From assembly GCF_001194135.2 (NCBI RefSeq), contig NC_068988.1:5453084-5517083 (forward strand): a stretch of 64,000 bases of DNA. Reading direction: 5' to 3'. The number at the start of each line of letters is the position of its first letter. The first letter of the stretch is position 1. The notes beneath the pieces are model-generated. The model saw only the letters and a list, made by a program, of their open reading frames with translations. It had not been told where the DNA came from and did no database searches. The DNA comes from Octopus bimaculoides (lineage: Eukaryota). This document shows positions 1 through 12,500 of the stretch, piece after piece. Position numbers and translations under genes: made by a program.

Positions 1-456
1 TAGCCATAGTCAATATACTATGGGCTTCCACACAGTTTCCGTTTGCCAAATTCCAACCACATGGTATTGATAATCCGAGATTATGGTAGAATCACTTGTC
101 AAAGGTGCCACACAGTAAGATCGAACTGCTTAACCATGCAAGCAGCACCAATAATAAATTAAATCAATATCGTCACAGAGTTGCCAACTTCTTTATAAGG
201 AAATAATTTTTATCGATACAGAGAAGAGTAGCCAATTGAATCAGTTTAATTATATGTACTACCGATATTTATTTTCTCCATCACGTAAAATAATAGAAAA
301 TGTTAACCCTCCGTACTGTAAATCCTAAACTTTATTAAAATATCTAATACAGCATTCTACTATATCAGTCGTCAAAGTTTGGTGAAAGTCTTTAGATTTT
401 CAAGAAATGAAATCCTGTGATGTTCGTGTCTTTTTCAAGGTCATTAACAGTGAAGT

Positions 457-742
457 GGCGATCTTTCGATACGAGTCCTAAATATCGGTCTTTTCCGTAA
501 CACCCGCACGATCTTCACTACGGTGTTAGGGTTTTAGGGTTACGGTTAGGGACGGAATTCCGTAACTGAAACCGTAAAACCCAAACCCTAACCGTAAGCC
601 TAGCCCTAACCCTAACTCTAAACCCTTCAAAATAAATCGCGCTCTCTGTATGTCTTTCGCTTTTATGAGGTCGTTTCCCTGTTTCTCTCCAACACTTTTT
701 ACGGAAAAGGCCGATATTTAGGACTCGTATCGAAACATCGCC
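457..742. mobile_element. MITE with 44-bp terminal inverted repeats and internal telomere-like repeats
   Basis: 457-500 and 699-742 are reverse complements (2 mismatches in 44). The interior has TTAGGG-like repeats followed by CCCTAA-like repeats. Confidence 0.8.
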
Positions 743-2339
743 GACCCTTTTCAAGAAATATAGTAAAAAATTTATACAATTTGAAATTGTCTTGGAATAT
801 TTTTAATGTTTGCATTTCTGCATTTAAATATTTATATTGCAAATAAAGATCAACGTCCACATATGGGAGAGTTTGTTGAGAAAAACTTCAGATGCAGACA
901 TCGTTTCAAACACCCCAAACATACTCCATGGGAAACAATGACTTCTATCTTCACCCTATCCCCTCTTCTACTGCCTGCCACCATCCTATATTATTTTAAT
1001 TGCCAGAATACTCTTATTCCTTTTTTCTCAGGCCTCTGTCATCAATCTATCCCCTGGGTCATATAGATACAGGTTTCTCTCTATTTCAGTCATATTGCCT
1101 TAAATACTGATACATATCTCAGAACACTGTGCTTCTATCAATCATATTCTTCTCATTACTACAATGTGAGCTCCTTTTAATTGTGACAAGGACATGGCTA
1201 CCTCTCTAGTACAATACAAATAATACACTTAGTACACTGTGTAGAGTGTGAGGTTGTAAGCACCCTCTAATTTTGTCAAGGACCTTCTAGAGTTGATGTC
1301 ACAATAAAAAAAATAAAAAAAAAGAGTTCTCAGTACACTCTGTAAAGATGTTAGTTAAAAAGTAATTCCAGCTACAGAAACCAACCCGAAATGAAATATG
1401 AGCTAGAAAAGGTCCCCCAATCAAGCAACTCCTGTAAAAGGATAATGGTGGTGGTGACGATGGATGAGGTCTACATATTTTGGTATCTACTGCAGTGGCT
1501 TAAGACACTAGGCTGCAAATCTTTTAAGTTGTCACCTAACCATCCAGTATCTAACAGTCGGATTAAAAGAATGATATAGACTGTGAAAGTGGAATAGATG
1601 TACCAGAAGAATAGATTTTAGAACTCGATGACAATGACTATAAGAATCTAGGCATACTAGAACTCATCATTATTGTTTAACATCTGTCTTCCAGAGAGCT
1701 GCAACAAGCACCATTGTCTGCTTTAGCATAGTTTTAATAGCTGGATACCCTTCCTAACACCAACCACATTACAGAGTGTACTGGGTACTTTTTACATGGT
1801 GCCAACACCAGTGGGGTCGCTAAGTAACTTGCAAGACAAAGACCTTTCATCTAGGAGTGGGAGTGGTACTGAGCGAGGTGGCTTTGTGCCAGTTGAGAAG
1901 TTAAAATATAATAGAGGGATAGAGATAAGTGTCTTACTGTAGAGGAAATGTTTGGCTACCCTCGTAGTAAAAGAAAGGAGCAGTGAAAGGCAGAGTGAGA
2001 AAGAGAGAGATAGATGGTGTTAAAGATGCATCAGGATCTAACCACAGGGTACAGTGGGGGGAATACAAGTAGCACGGAGGGGATATAGAGGGAATGTTCT
2101 ATAAGAGTGTAAGAGATGGGGAAGAGGTGACTGTAGCAAGTGATGGTGGGAGTGACTGGGGCAGGGGTATGGTAGATATGTGAGGACATGGAAAGTATGC
2201 AAGAAGGCATCTTTTATTGTTGTACTAACTTAATTCAAGGAGTCTGATAAATGTGATCAATATATAAGTAAGGAGGGAAAAATGAAATAGACACATTAGA
2301 CAGAAAATGAGAAAAACCACGCATGGAGCACTTCATCCA

Positions 2340-2510
2340 AAGGGAAATGTCTGTCATCTATATAAATATAAAACAAAGGATGTCTGTGTGTATGTCTCTC
2401 TGTATAGTATGTATGCATTTCTACAATTTTCAACAAATTTTCACCAAACTTTACGCACACATTACTTATGTGCCAAGGATGGTCATGCACTATATCATTT
2501 TGCCCAGAAC
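2340..2510 (-). mobile_element. Helentron/DINE-1-like nonautonomous element end fragment
   Basis: Resembles the reverse complement of the 3' end of the 58318-58730 element (TATATA tract, short microsatellite, aaattttcaccaaacttt). Confidence 0.45.
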
Positions 2511-4011
2511 TTCCACGTAAAGCAAGAAACCAAGAAAAATGGTGCTTTACACAGGTTTTTCTCTAAAAACTTCTGCAGTTTTCGACCGATTCTCTCCCTT
2601 TTCTCTGTTTATTTCTCTCCTCTCTCTTTTTCTCATTCTCTAGTTCTCTTGCTTATACATATTCTCTCTCACCCTCTATAATAGTTCTTCTCTTTTAGTC
2701 TATGCCTGTTTCTTTCACATATTTACTAATTTCTGTCTACAAATTGATTTCTGTGTAAAAATCTCTGCTGTCCCAGTGTGTTTAAATTCAGTTTTGCCTC
2801 ACCTGCCCAAAAATTGACTTCAGTGTATTTCAGTTTTGTCATGTGTAAATATCTTTGTCTTAATGAGATTTGTATGTTCTGCCTACAACATTACTTAACT
2901 TATTCTAAATTTTTTGCACTCTGTCTATTTAAATACACTATCGAAAAACGTTGTGTATGTAGTCGTGCATACGTGCATATGACTGCTATGCGCCACATTC
3001 GGTATTATGTGTCAAAAGTGAAAGAATAAGATCTATATTGTAATGTCATGTTACACTTTTATTCTTTTACTTTTAATTCTATGTGATAAATAAATGAATA
3101 ATTTATATCTTAATGTAAACAGCATTATTCATTGGTAACTTTCCATCTTTACCACCATCACAGCGGAATGGTGTGTCAGTGTGTGCGTGTGTTGACTAAC
3201 ATAATAAATGGCTGGAGGTGAAACTCTTTGATAAAAAACAATTAGGTTGTAGGGTCAAGGTATATAAAAATAAACATTTACTGTTCAATTCCCAGTTCAT
3301 AATTATTGCAGCAGTTGCAAGGCTGCAAGGTATCTACAATTACATGTTTACCTTCAAATTAATGGAGTCTCAATAGAGAAGGGAGAAGAGACTTTCCCAA
3401 GATCAGCAAATGCATGCTGCATCATGTCAAATGGAGTCTCAGTACAGAAAGGAGATGGGACTTTCTCAAGATCAGCAAAGGCAGGCACATACCCCGCCAT
3501 CCACAATTTTCCATGACAAGTTAGGGCCTGGAATACTCTAAACGGACGCATGACATGTCACTTAGTCAAATTAGCCCATTATTTACTCCAGAAATGTTTT
3601 GTCATCAATGCTGCACTTTCCCATATCACCTGTTTCAACTATAATATATATACAAACTATGCCATTTTAATCCTGAGCAATGCCAAGTATCTCTGCTAGT
3701 TTCTATATAAAATGGAAAATTGGATGGAGAGAACTTATTAGTGTTTCTGATTGTGCAAATGAAAAAAAGATTTGTACACCACTTAGATATCAAAACTGTG
3801 AAAAGTCACGACTCATTGTGGAAGTGGCTAGAGATTTAGAGAGAGAAACTAGTTTGAAGACAGCCACTCAAGATCAAGCATATTTATTGCACTACTTCAA
3901 CAAATCAGTGGTAACCCTGTTTCCCTAAGAACTTTTACTCCATCGGAACATTAGTATATGGACACCGTACGAGGGGAGATAAGTTGAACAGGTTCTCGGA
4001 ATTGAGTCAAG

Positions 4012-4110
4012 ATGCCTGTCTATAATTTGTATATCTTCGACAGATATGGAACATGTTTGTATTATTCAGAATGGAATCGCAGAAAGCACCCTGGCATGAG
4101 CAAAGAAGAG
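4012..4110 (+). CDS. TRAPPC1: Trafficking protein particle complex subunit 1 (Bet5), exon 1
   Basis: [33 protein letters not shown] matches recalled TRAPPC1 N-terminus (MTVHNLYLFDRNGVCLHYSEW). GT donor at 4111. Confidence 0.95.
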
Positions 4111-4825
4111 GTACTTCATATCTTGAAATAGTTTTTATTATTCAAAATAATTCTCAGATATAGGTGCAGCAGTGAATTCCATTTTCTTGTAACACACCAA
4201 ATGTTTTAGTTCCCAAAATGATCGCTTCTTTGTTGTTTATGATTTAATTTATAAAAAGTTAATTCTAATACAGTTCCCATATTTTCGCGGTTAACCGTCG
4301 TAAAAAAACGAAAGCGTATCGCATAATACTTTCATTGTTGATTAATTCGGGTTGTGACATTTATAGTTCGATACCTATCATGCATTATCACAGTTTTTAA
4401 ATCTATAATCTTCGTTTTTGCTTCTTTCCTTGTTCCTCTTATTCCATTTTTATTTTTAGATATTGAATAAACAGATATATTATACACCAACATTATTTAT
4501 ATGTTACATATGATTGAGTTTGTGTAAGTTAAAATACAATCAAATATATTCAGGAATGTATCCATCTATAAAATCTCTTGCAATACAATTTTTGGGTGGA
4601 TCTCAAGAATCGACATTCAATATTTTTTGTGTTGAATTTTTACGTTTTGTAAAACTTTCATTATACTATACTCCTGTTCGTTAATACTTTCATATTTAAT
4701 GGATCTTTCTGATTTGGCAAAGATCCTTAATAAATCAGAAAGATCCTATTTAATAATTTAGCTTCCCTGTAAACATAAACTCTTTATCTTTTTTCTTATT
4801 AGTTTGATTGGAGGCTTTATTTTTA

Positions 4826-5150
4826 CTACGCCCTTAAAAACGATGGGAGAAGCCTTTTCGGTTAAAAAAAAAAGAAAAGAAAAACGTTTGTAAATATTTT
4901 CAGACGCAAAAGGTGGGTGATTTAAGGGAGATTTAGCTGTTGTTTCTAACACTTCCTACGACCACATGGTACCTTTCTCGTTTCTTTGTCACCCTGACAT
5001 GTATTGATTTTTTTCAATATTTTTCTCCCTATAAACATTTTATGGAATTATGATGCAGAAGTAACACGGCTTTTCGTCTAAAAATATTTTCTTTTTTTTA
5101 CTTTTTTTTTTCTATTGAAAAGACTTCTCCCATCGTTTTTAAGTGTGTAG
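4826..5150. repeat. Foldback/MITE-like inverted repeat in TRAPPC1 intron 1
   Basis: 4833-4859 pairs with 5117-5143 (26/27), and imperfect pairing continues inward (about 4890-4912 vs 5069-5090). Confidence 0.65.
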
Positions 5151-5901
5151 TGCCAAAAAAAAAAAAAAAAAAAGGCTCAAATCAGTCTAGATGAGGAGTG
5201 TAGGGGGAGAGTGAGATATAAAAAAGAAAAATAATTTTCAAACATTTTTCTCTCAAAAATCTTGCCCCCATCATTTCAAAGGCCATGGTGAAAAAGAAAT
5301 TGGAAAAGTCCCCATCAAAACAGAAAATCCAACTTATGTAGGTGTCCTGATCTGAAACTGTCCAAAAACTTAATTGGTCTCTTGAGAAATATAAATTCTA
5401 GCAGGCATGTGTGTTCAGAATGGTAATTTCTATCAACATAATATACTCCTGCGCCTATGAATTTTTTAAAACTATTTGATTGTCTTTCAATCATTCCACC
5501 TCACCTACTATCCTCTTTTGCTGCACCTATGAGGCACGCTGTGCCATTTGGGAACCACTGGTATAGACTAACATCTCTTGACTGTCAACTTCTGATGGGC
5601 CTTTGTGCCTGAAATATATAAATGTCATTGAACCCTTTTGTATTGTAAGAAGCTCTCCATCTTTCCTATTTTGTTATTTTATTTAAATAAAAATCATAAC
5701 ATTCATGCTAACATGAAAAGAATAAGATTTCTTTAAAAAAAATAAATAATGGAAAATATGAAAAATACACTGAATATAGAACAGAAAACATCCTAAAAGT
5801 GGCAGGTGTTGTATGTGTTGGTTAGCTATTTGGATATATGAATTGCTGAGAGTAATCTTTATCAATTTTACATTTAACATCCTAAAATAATTCTTTTGCA
5901 G

Positions 5902-5972
5902 GAATACAAACTTATGTTTGGCATGATGTTTTCCATAAAATCTTTCATTCACAGGATATCACCATCAGACAT
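5902..5972 (+). CDS. TRAPPC1: TRAPPC1 exon 2
   Basis: ttttgcag acceptor; EYKLMFGMMFSIKSFIHRISPSD(M); followed by GTATCCTTTC (U12 5' splice site). Confidence 0.95.
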
Positions 5973-8717
5973 GTATCCTTTCAAAATATTCCATGCAACA
6001 ATTTGAATTTTGCATTACATCTCTTTTTTTAAAAGCTATGTATGTTAAATGATAAAAATGAACAATGGCAAAGATAGTTGTAAGGATTTAAATGCTCCAT
6101 TACTGTCAATAGCTACATAATGAAGCTGCTAAATTAAGAGTTGAAACTCTAATATAGATTGGAAATTGCATTTTTAAGGCAAGGAGATTAATTTGCTTCA
6201 GTCAAATGATCGGTAATAGGACAGAACAATATGCATATTATCAAACACCTCAGCTCCTACAATTTAAACACTCATTCATCCTGGATGTGAAACTGTTTTA
6301 TGACAATAAAAAGAATTTTATTGTTTGGTTGATTATGGTTGTTCTGTTACTAAAAAAATTCAAACAAGTTTTTTTTTTTTTTGACAGTTATTGTATCCCA
6401 AGTCATGCAAATGTTTTGTGGTCTCAGTAAATAAAATGACAAATGTGTTACAGTAAAGAATGGGGAGGGAAGATGTACTGAAAGAGCTATTCTACTTCAT
6501 GGGTAGAATGGCTCTTTCTTCCTTAATCTTATGGATAGCCATCTCTACCCCAATCAGATTGGTTAAGGAAGTGGTTTGGAGGCCCAAGACATTAGAATTT
6601 TCATTGTTGTAGCTTTGAAAAGAAACATATCAGTGGTCATTACTTTGTCATCTTGTGATCCTTGGGTCTGATGACAATTGCCCAGAATGGAAACTTGTGC
6701 CTTAGAAAAAGAAGACTGATACCATCTGGTCTTTTGCCATCCTCTCATGTCTAACCCCACCAGCTCTAGTTATGATAGAAAATGGCAGCATCCAAATCTT
6801 ATTTTTCTATCTTTGGAGGCAATATGCTGAGTTAGCATGACAATGGGTGGAATATAAAAATATCCATTGTAGAGCTGCAACCTTAAGTGAAATGCTGATT
6901 TGGGGACAGTCATTATTCAACTGGTAATATTTGATCTGAAGGGTGTGCTGCTGGAAACTTGCCAGTTGACGTTGGTCGAGTGAATGCGTAAGGTTCATCA
7001 TCATCATCATGATCGTGTCCAAGATATTGTAGCATTTAATGTCATCCCATTGATGTTCAACTGATGAACCATCTGCAAGATTACAGTTTTAGCTTTGTAC
7101 AAGGTGGTACCAAAAGATTCCCAAACTAGTTCTGTAGTCATGGGCAGGAAGCTGGAACAAAGAGCCAACATGAAGTTTTGTGTCAAACCTGGGAAGTCTG
7201 CTACAGATACATCGAGCAAGCTTACAGCAACAAGGCACAGGCTCTTCAAAAGCTGAAGAACGTCCCTGGAAGATGATGAGCGATATGGATGACCTTTAGG
7301 AACTTTTGCTCCTAACAAAGAAAGCTGAAACATAGAAGGCAGACATTCTCCAAATACAAGAATAAAACAAATGTTAAGAATTTGCGAATAAGGCCGTAAG
7401 TCGTTTTAATCTTGGTACTGCATGCAAATTACAGTATTTGTATAGAAAGAGATAAAGGTGTTTCTGTGTGTTCGTATTCATATACAAGAGGTGGTTATGT
7501 TTGACTGTTACGTCACTTGGAATCGCTTTGGTTGCGCTGTCCAAAAGCTATAGATTTAATTCTCCCACAATGCAACACCACATGTGCCATTCAGCGGCCA
7601 ATGGATGAGACAACTGGTTTTAAGGGAGGTAACTGTCTACAGACCTGCCACGAATGTTACCCCCAGAAATGTGGGGAAAATTCATCAGCTTGTGCATGAG
7701 GATCATCGGAGAACAACCAACAACATTACTGGTGTTGTTGGTTTATTGTGCGGGTCCATGCAGGCAATGCTAACATCTGGATTCTTCACAACAACAATGT
7801 GCCCTGTCACCGAGCTCTCCACACTTGTGAGTTTTCTGCCCAAAACAACATGGTATTGCTTCCACATCCACTGTATTCGCCAGATTTAACACCTGTAAAC
7901 GTCCATCTCTTCCCTAAGATGAAAATGCAGCTCAGAGGTTGCTGTTTTAACACCATTGTCCAGATCAAGAGCAAATCACAGAAGATCCTTGACTCTCTTC
8001 TGGAAAATTACTTCCAGGCTGGATTCCAAAAGTGGCAAGAATGCTGGCACCGGTGCATTGCTGCACAAGGTGTCTATTTCGAAGGAGATGCTGTTAAAAC
8101 TCAGGTAAATAAGTTAGTTTTTATTAAACATAACTAGTCCAGGAACTCTTTGATACCACCATATACCAAATTATGGGAAAGTCTTCAGTGTTGTGAAGAA
8201 CATCAGTGATCAGGGTATGAAGATGATAAAAGGAATTGTGATTTCATTTCAAGTTGAACTGATTCATTTAAATACTGTTTAGTTGCAATGTAGTTTTTGA
8301 TGAGCTATATCCATATTACAGGTCTCTGAAATTGATGTAGCTTATGGAACCTTTACAATCACCCCATAGGTTTTGATTGTGACATGAGATATTCTCTAGT
8401 TTTGTTTAGTGCTGTTGTTAGATTTTGTGAAGTCAGGATTCTAATTTGTGGATATGTTGATTGATATTATCTGAAGAATCCTGGATGCTAGTAATATGTG
8501 ATGTAAACAACTAACGAGGGAGCTTCTATGTAATAATTGAGCTGATTCTCCAGCCTAGTACTGAGATGTTTCTCAGGTAAAAAAAAAAATACTTCCCTTA
8601 TTGGAGAGAGAGAATTTCCTTATTAGGATACTATGATGCTTTTTTTTTTCAGTTTTAGAATAGGAAACAGAACATTTTTTCCTTTTAATATTTATTTTCC
8701 TTAACATGCAAACTTAG
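5973..8717 (+). other. U12-type (minor spliceosome) GT-AG intron
   Basis: 5' site GTATCCTTTC at 5973. Branch site TTCCTTAAC at 8697-8705, 12 nt before the end of the 3' AG (8717). Splicing restores D-M-K-D-G. Confidence 0.92.
7100..8162 (+). mobile_element. Degenerate mariner DNA transposon
   Basis: Imperfect TIRs (about 7100-7127 and 8136-8162) with TA flanks. N-terminal EQRANMKFCVKPGKSAT remnant; C-terminal PHPLYSPDL..HLFPKMK motif in ORF 7748-8137. Confidence 0.85.
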
Positions 8718-8856
8718 GAAAGACGGCTTTCTCAATTTTAAGACCAATGTTTACAAACTTCATTTCTATGAGACACCTAGTGGCATCAAAGTGATTATGT
8801 TGACTGATTTGAATGTTGGAAACATTCGGGACATTCTGCATCAAATCTATAGTTCA
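8718..8856 (+). CDS. TRAPPC1: TRAPPC1 exon 3
   Basis: KDGFLNFKTNVYKLHFYETPSGIKVIMLTDLNVGNIRDILHQIYSS; GTAAGT donor at 8857. Confidence 0.95.
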
Positions 8857-9847
8857 GTAAGTAAAGACTCATTCCTTTAAGTTTTATTTTTAATTTACAT
8901 TTCTTAGAATTTGTTGAGAGACAATAAATTTCATGTTCATGTACAATGAAAAACATAAACAAGAATATAATATAGCTTCTTTATTCTTTTTTAATTGTAT
9001 ATACAGTAATCGGGAAAATGATTTAGTGTGTGTACTTTGAGAGAATCATAGCTGATTAAATCACTCGAAAGACAGCTCACCAGTTAAGAAATTTACAGTT
9101 CAATCCTGTAGTAAAGACATCTTTTTGAATGCATATTATCAAAAAATATTTCTATGCACTCTCAAAGAATTGAAGGGTTATAACCCTTAGAGAGAGACCA
9201 TGTAGGTTTATTAGTCTGTCAACTAAATGATCACAATTTTAACGAAGTTAAGTCTCGTCAGTTTTGCTACAATTTGAGCTATATATTTGTTCTCAGTTAG
9301 ATGGTTTATATCTGGAATAAATCCTGGACTGAAGTACATTTTATGTAGAACAATAGTGAATCGGGGGGTAGTTTGAACTCCACTCTAAAGCTCTTCTCAT
9401 ATTCTTTTTCAGGGTTAAAACCCAAAATTATTTTGAGCAAGGCTAGAGATAAAAACTTTCTTATATAAGAGTAGACCCAGATAGTCCTTATTTCTTGTCT
9501 AAACCTTTGTTACCCTTGCATAACAGGGTTCCTGTATCCTACACTATAATTATGAACCTGTTAATGTCTAGAGACCCTGCTATGAATTAAAAATTGATTC
9601 CATCTGTCATGGTAATCGTTATTTCTACAGAGGAACTTGCTTCATTACAAATTTTGATACAATAAAACGGTAAAAATTTAGCTTGGTGCCCCAGCATGGC
9701 CACAACTCACAGGCTCAAACAGGTAAAAGAGAAATGTCACTTACTTGGACTAGCCTAGGTCTTTGTGATACCTGTATTAATGAAATGAAGCATGTTGCAA
9801 ATGTCTCATCATTTCTCTTATTGTAGATGTTTTTTGTATTTTCACAG

Positions 9848-9970
9848 CTCTATGTTGAATATGTTGTTAAGAATCCATTGTGTCTACTTAACAAGCCAAT
9901 AACCAGTGAACTGTTCAAAACCAAAGTGGATGAATTTGTGCAAGGACTAAGTATATATGCTAAGGTTTAA
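9848..9970 (+). CDS. TRAPPC1: TRAPPC1 exon 4 (terminal)
   Basis: ttcacag acceptor; LYVEYVVKNPLCLLNKPITSELFKTKVDEFVQGLSIYAKV*; total CDS 432 nt (143 aa). Confidence 0.95.
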   Translation, partial: LYVEYVVKNPLCLLNKPITSELFKTKVDEFVQGLSIYAKV

Positions 9971-10619
9971 ATATATATTTATAAAATTTAATGAAATCTA
10001 TGCAATGATATGTGTTGCCAAATGTTGTAAAAATTAAAGTAGTTGTATACTATTAAAGATATTTCATTAAATATATACAATAGTATTTTGGTATTCTGTA
10101 TATATGTTCTTTCTTTTTCTTTTTGTGAGTACTAAGTAGAATGTTTCTTTTGGAAATTAAAAAAAAAAAAGAAAATTATACTACTTTAACAACTTCTTGG
10201 TTATTTATAATTCAACCACCACATTTGTTTAACATTGTATTTTTACGATAATACATATACCCTTTACTATATAATACATTTTACCAGAAACAAATGATTA
10301 AAATAAAGATAAATTATTGAAAACAACTGTTTTTTTGTGTTGTTGATTTGTGTGACAGTTTTATCATTTTAATTAGATGTATTTCAAATTTATTCAAAAT
10401 AAGCTGTAGAATCAAAACCAAAAAGAGAGCACAAATGGTTGAGTTGAAAGAGTGTCAGACAACCAGCTGAGAATAAATGGTCTGTATCCTGTCATCAACA
10501 AATGTATTGTAGTTATGGCCAATGCATTTGACTCTCAAACATTAAATTTATATGGCATTGAATAGAAACCAGTACTAATTTACTAATATAAGCAAACATT
10601 GAATTGTAAAATTGCTGAA

Positions 10620-12500
10620 TATTTTGTCAGCTTTTTCATCCATTTAATTCACTAGATATCAGCATTAGAGATCATTAAAATTTACACTCCGAGAGTGTAA
10701 TGGATGCTTTTACATGCCACTGGCACAGGTGCCAGTAGTGTGACACCAGTATCTGACACAACTGCAATTTCACTTGACTTGATGGATCTTCTCAAGCATA
10801 GCATATTGCTAAAGGTCTCAGTCATTTGTCATTGCCTCCATGAGGCCTATTGCTTGAAGGGTGAATTTTATGTGCCACCGGCATGGGTACCAGTTACGTG
10901 ACACCAGCTTCAGCCATGACTACAATTTCACTTAGCTTCATGAGTCTTCTCAAGCACAGCATATCACCAAAGTCTTGGTCACTAGTCACTTCCTCCATGA
11001 GGCCCAACATTTGAAGATCATGCTGCACCACCTCATCGTATGTCTTCCTGGGTCAACCTCTACCACAGGTTCCCTCCACAGTTAGAGATCAGCACTTCTT
11101 TACATAGCTGTCTTCATCCATATGCATCACATGACCATACCAGTGCAGTCATCTCTCTTGCACACCACATCTGATGCCTCTTATGCCTGGTTTTTCTCTT
11201 GTACATGCACACTATAAATAGATTTTCAACAAATAAAATCAGTCTGGATTCAAAATATCCAGGCATAAAGAAAAAAAAGAGTTGTTGAATTCTTACTATA
11301 CTAAAATTTTATATTAATGTCATCAGACGAAATGAAAGCATTTATTGGATTCAGATTATGAATGAAATATTTGATTTTTTTAACCAAACTATAGTGACTA
11401 CAGGCTCTATAGGGAAAAGACTTTGTGATATTCACAACTGGTTTTCATCAAGTATGATACACGATACGTTTTGCTACCTGGAAATTTCAACACTTTATCA
11501 ACGAACAAAACTGAACCATTGATAAGGCAGATAAAATATGCAAAGTTCACCCAATGTTTCAGTTTTGCTGAAGGAATGATTTCTTCAAAAATTGCTTAAC
11601 ATTCAAGTAATATTTGAAAGACAGATCAATGAAATGGCAAATATTACATTCTATATGAAGGAGATAAAGTAATATATTATCAATGTTGAAATAAACAATG
11701 AAAACAGAAATAGTAAAAAAATTGGATGTCACGTCAGCTTGATAGTAAGGCACATGGCTTCATAATGAAGAGGTACTAGAATTTTGTGACTCTGTCAAAC
11801 CTTCTCTTGAATGTACTACACAGTGGTGCAATGGAATTAGTCATAACAAACTGAAAACATTATTCAAAGGATCTATAAGTGGAAAAAGAAAAGAAAAAAC
11901 TAGCAAAACTTGGAGATTTTTCTTTTCTGTGCCAAAATAGTTTAACATATCTATTATGGGAAGACAGGAACCCATTTTTATTTCATATCAAATCATTGTC
12001 CTGATGATAAAGTCACAACAACTAAGTGAAACAAAGATGAATCTTATCAGAATCACAGTTCCACGGTTTATCCATGCTTATAAGGAATTCATCAGAGGTT
12101 ATAACAAAAATGAACTGATAATGTAGCTCCACAAAAACAGAAAACCCAAATTTATCAAATTATTTTATGCAGGCTGGTTACAATTTACACACCTTGCTAA
12201 ATGCCCATCATCAAATAAGCAATATTTTATTAGATTCATCCAAGAAATTTATCACTCATCAGTGATTACCAAACATCAGCATAGTTCTGTGTAAAGAGCC
12301 ATATAAACATACCACACTTCACTTTTTTAGTGTCCCTGACATATCTGTAAACAGTGTGTTTTGTCTGTGGTGACAAACAGCTTAGATACAAGAAGCAAAA
12401 TTCTAATGAACTATAAACATTGTTTACAAACTAATCAAAACCACACTTTGTTCTTTGTGCAAGAAATATGTCAATATAAATAAGGATCCACATTCTGAGA
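10620..12500 (+). mobile_element. Highly degenerate piggyBac (PGBD4-like) transposase remnant, interrupted by an RTE 3' fragment
   Basis: Fragments SDEMKAFIG, ADKICKVHPMF, WEDRNPFLF and VPRFIHAYKEFIRG occur in piggyBac order, with Cys-rich remnants near 12300-12480. Many stops and frameshifts. Confidence 0.55.
10690..11205 (-). mobile_element. RTE LINE 3' fragment
   Basis: Reverse complement of the RRLxWYGH...GRPRKTxDEVVQHDL C-terminus plus 3' UTR repeats shared with other copies. Confidence 0.75.

Noticed and set aside
6090-6950. Coding-like composition in the TRAPPC1 minor intron
   Set aside because: All frames are broken by stops and no family motif was recognised.
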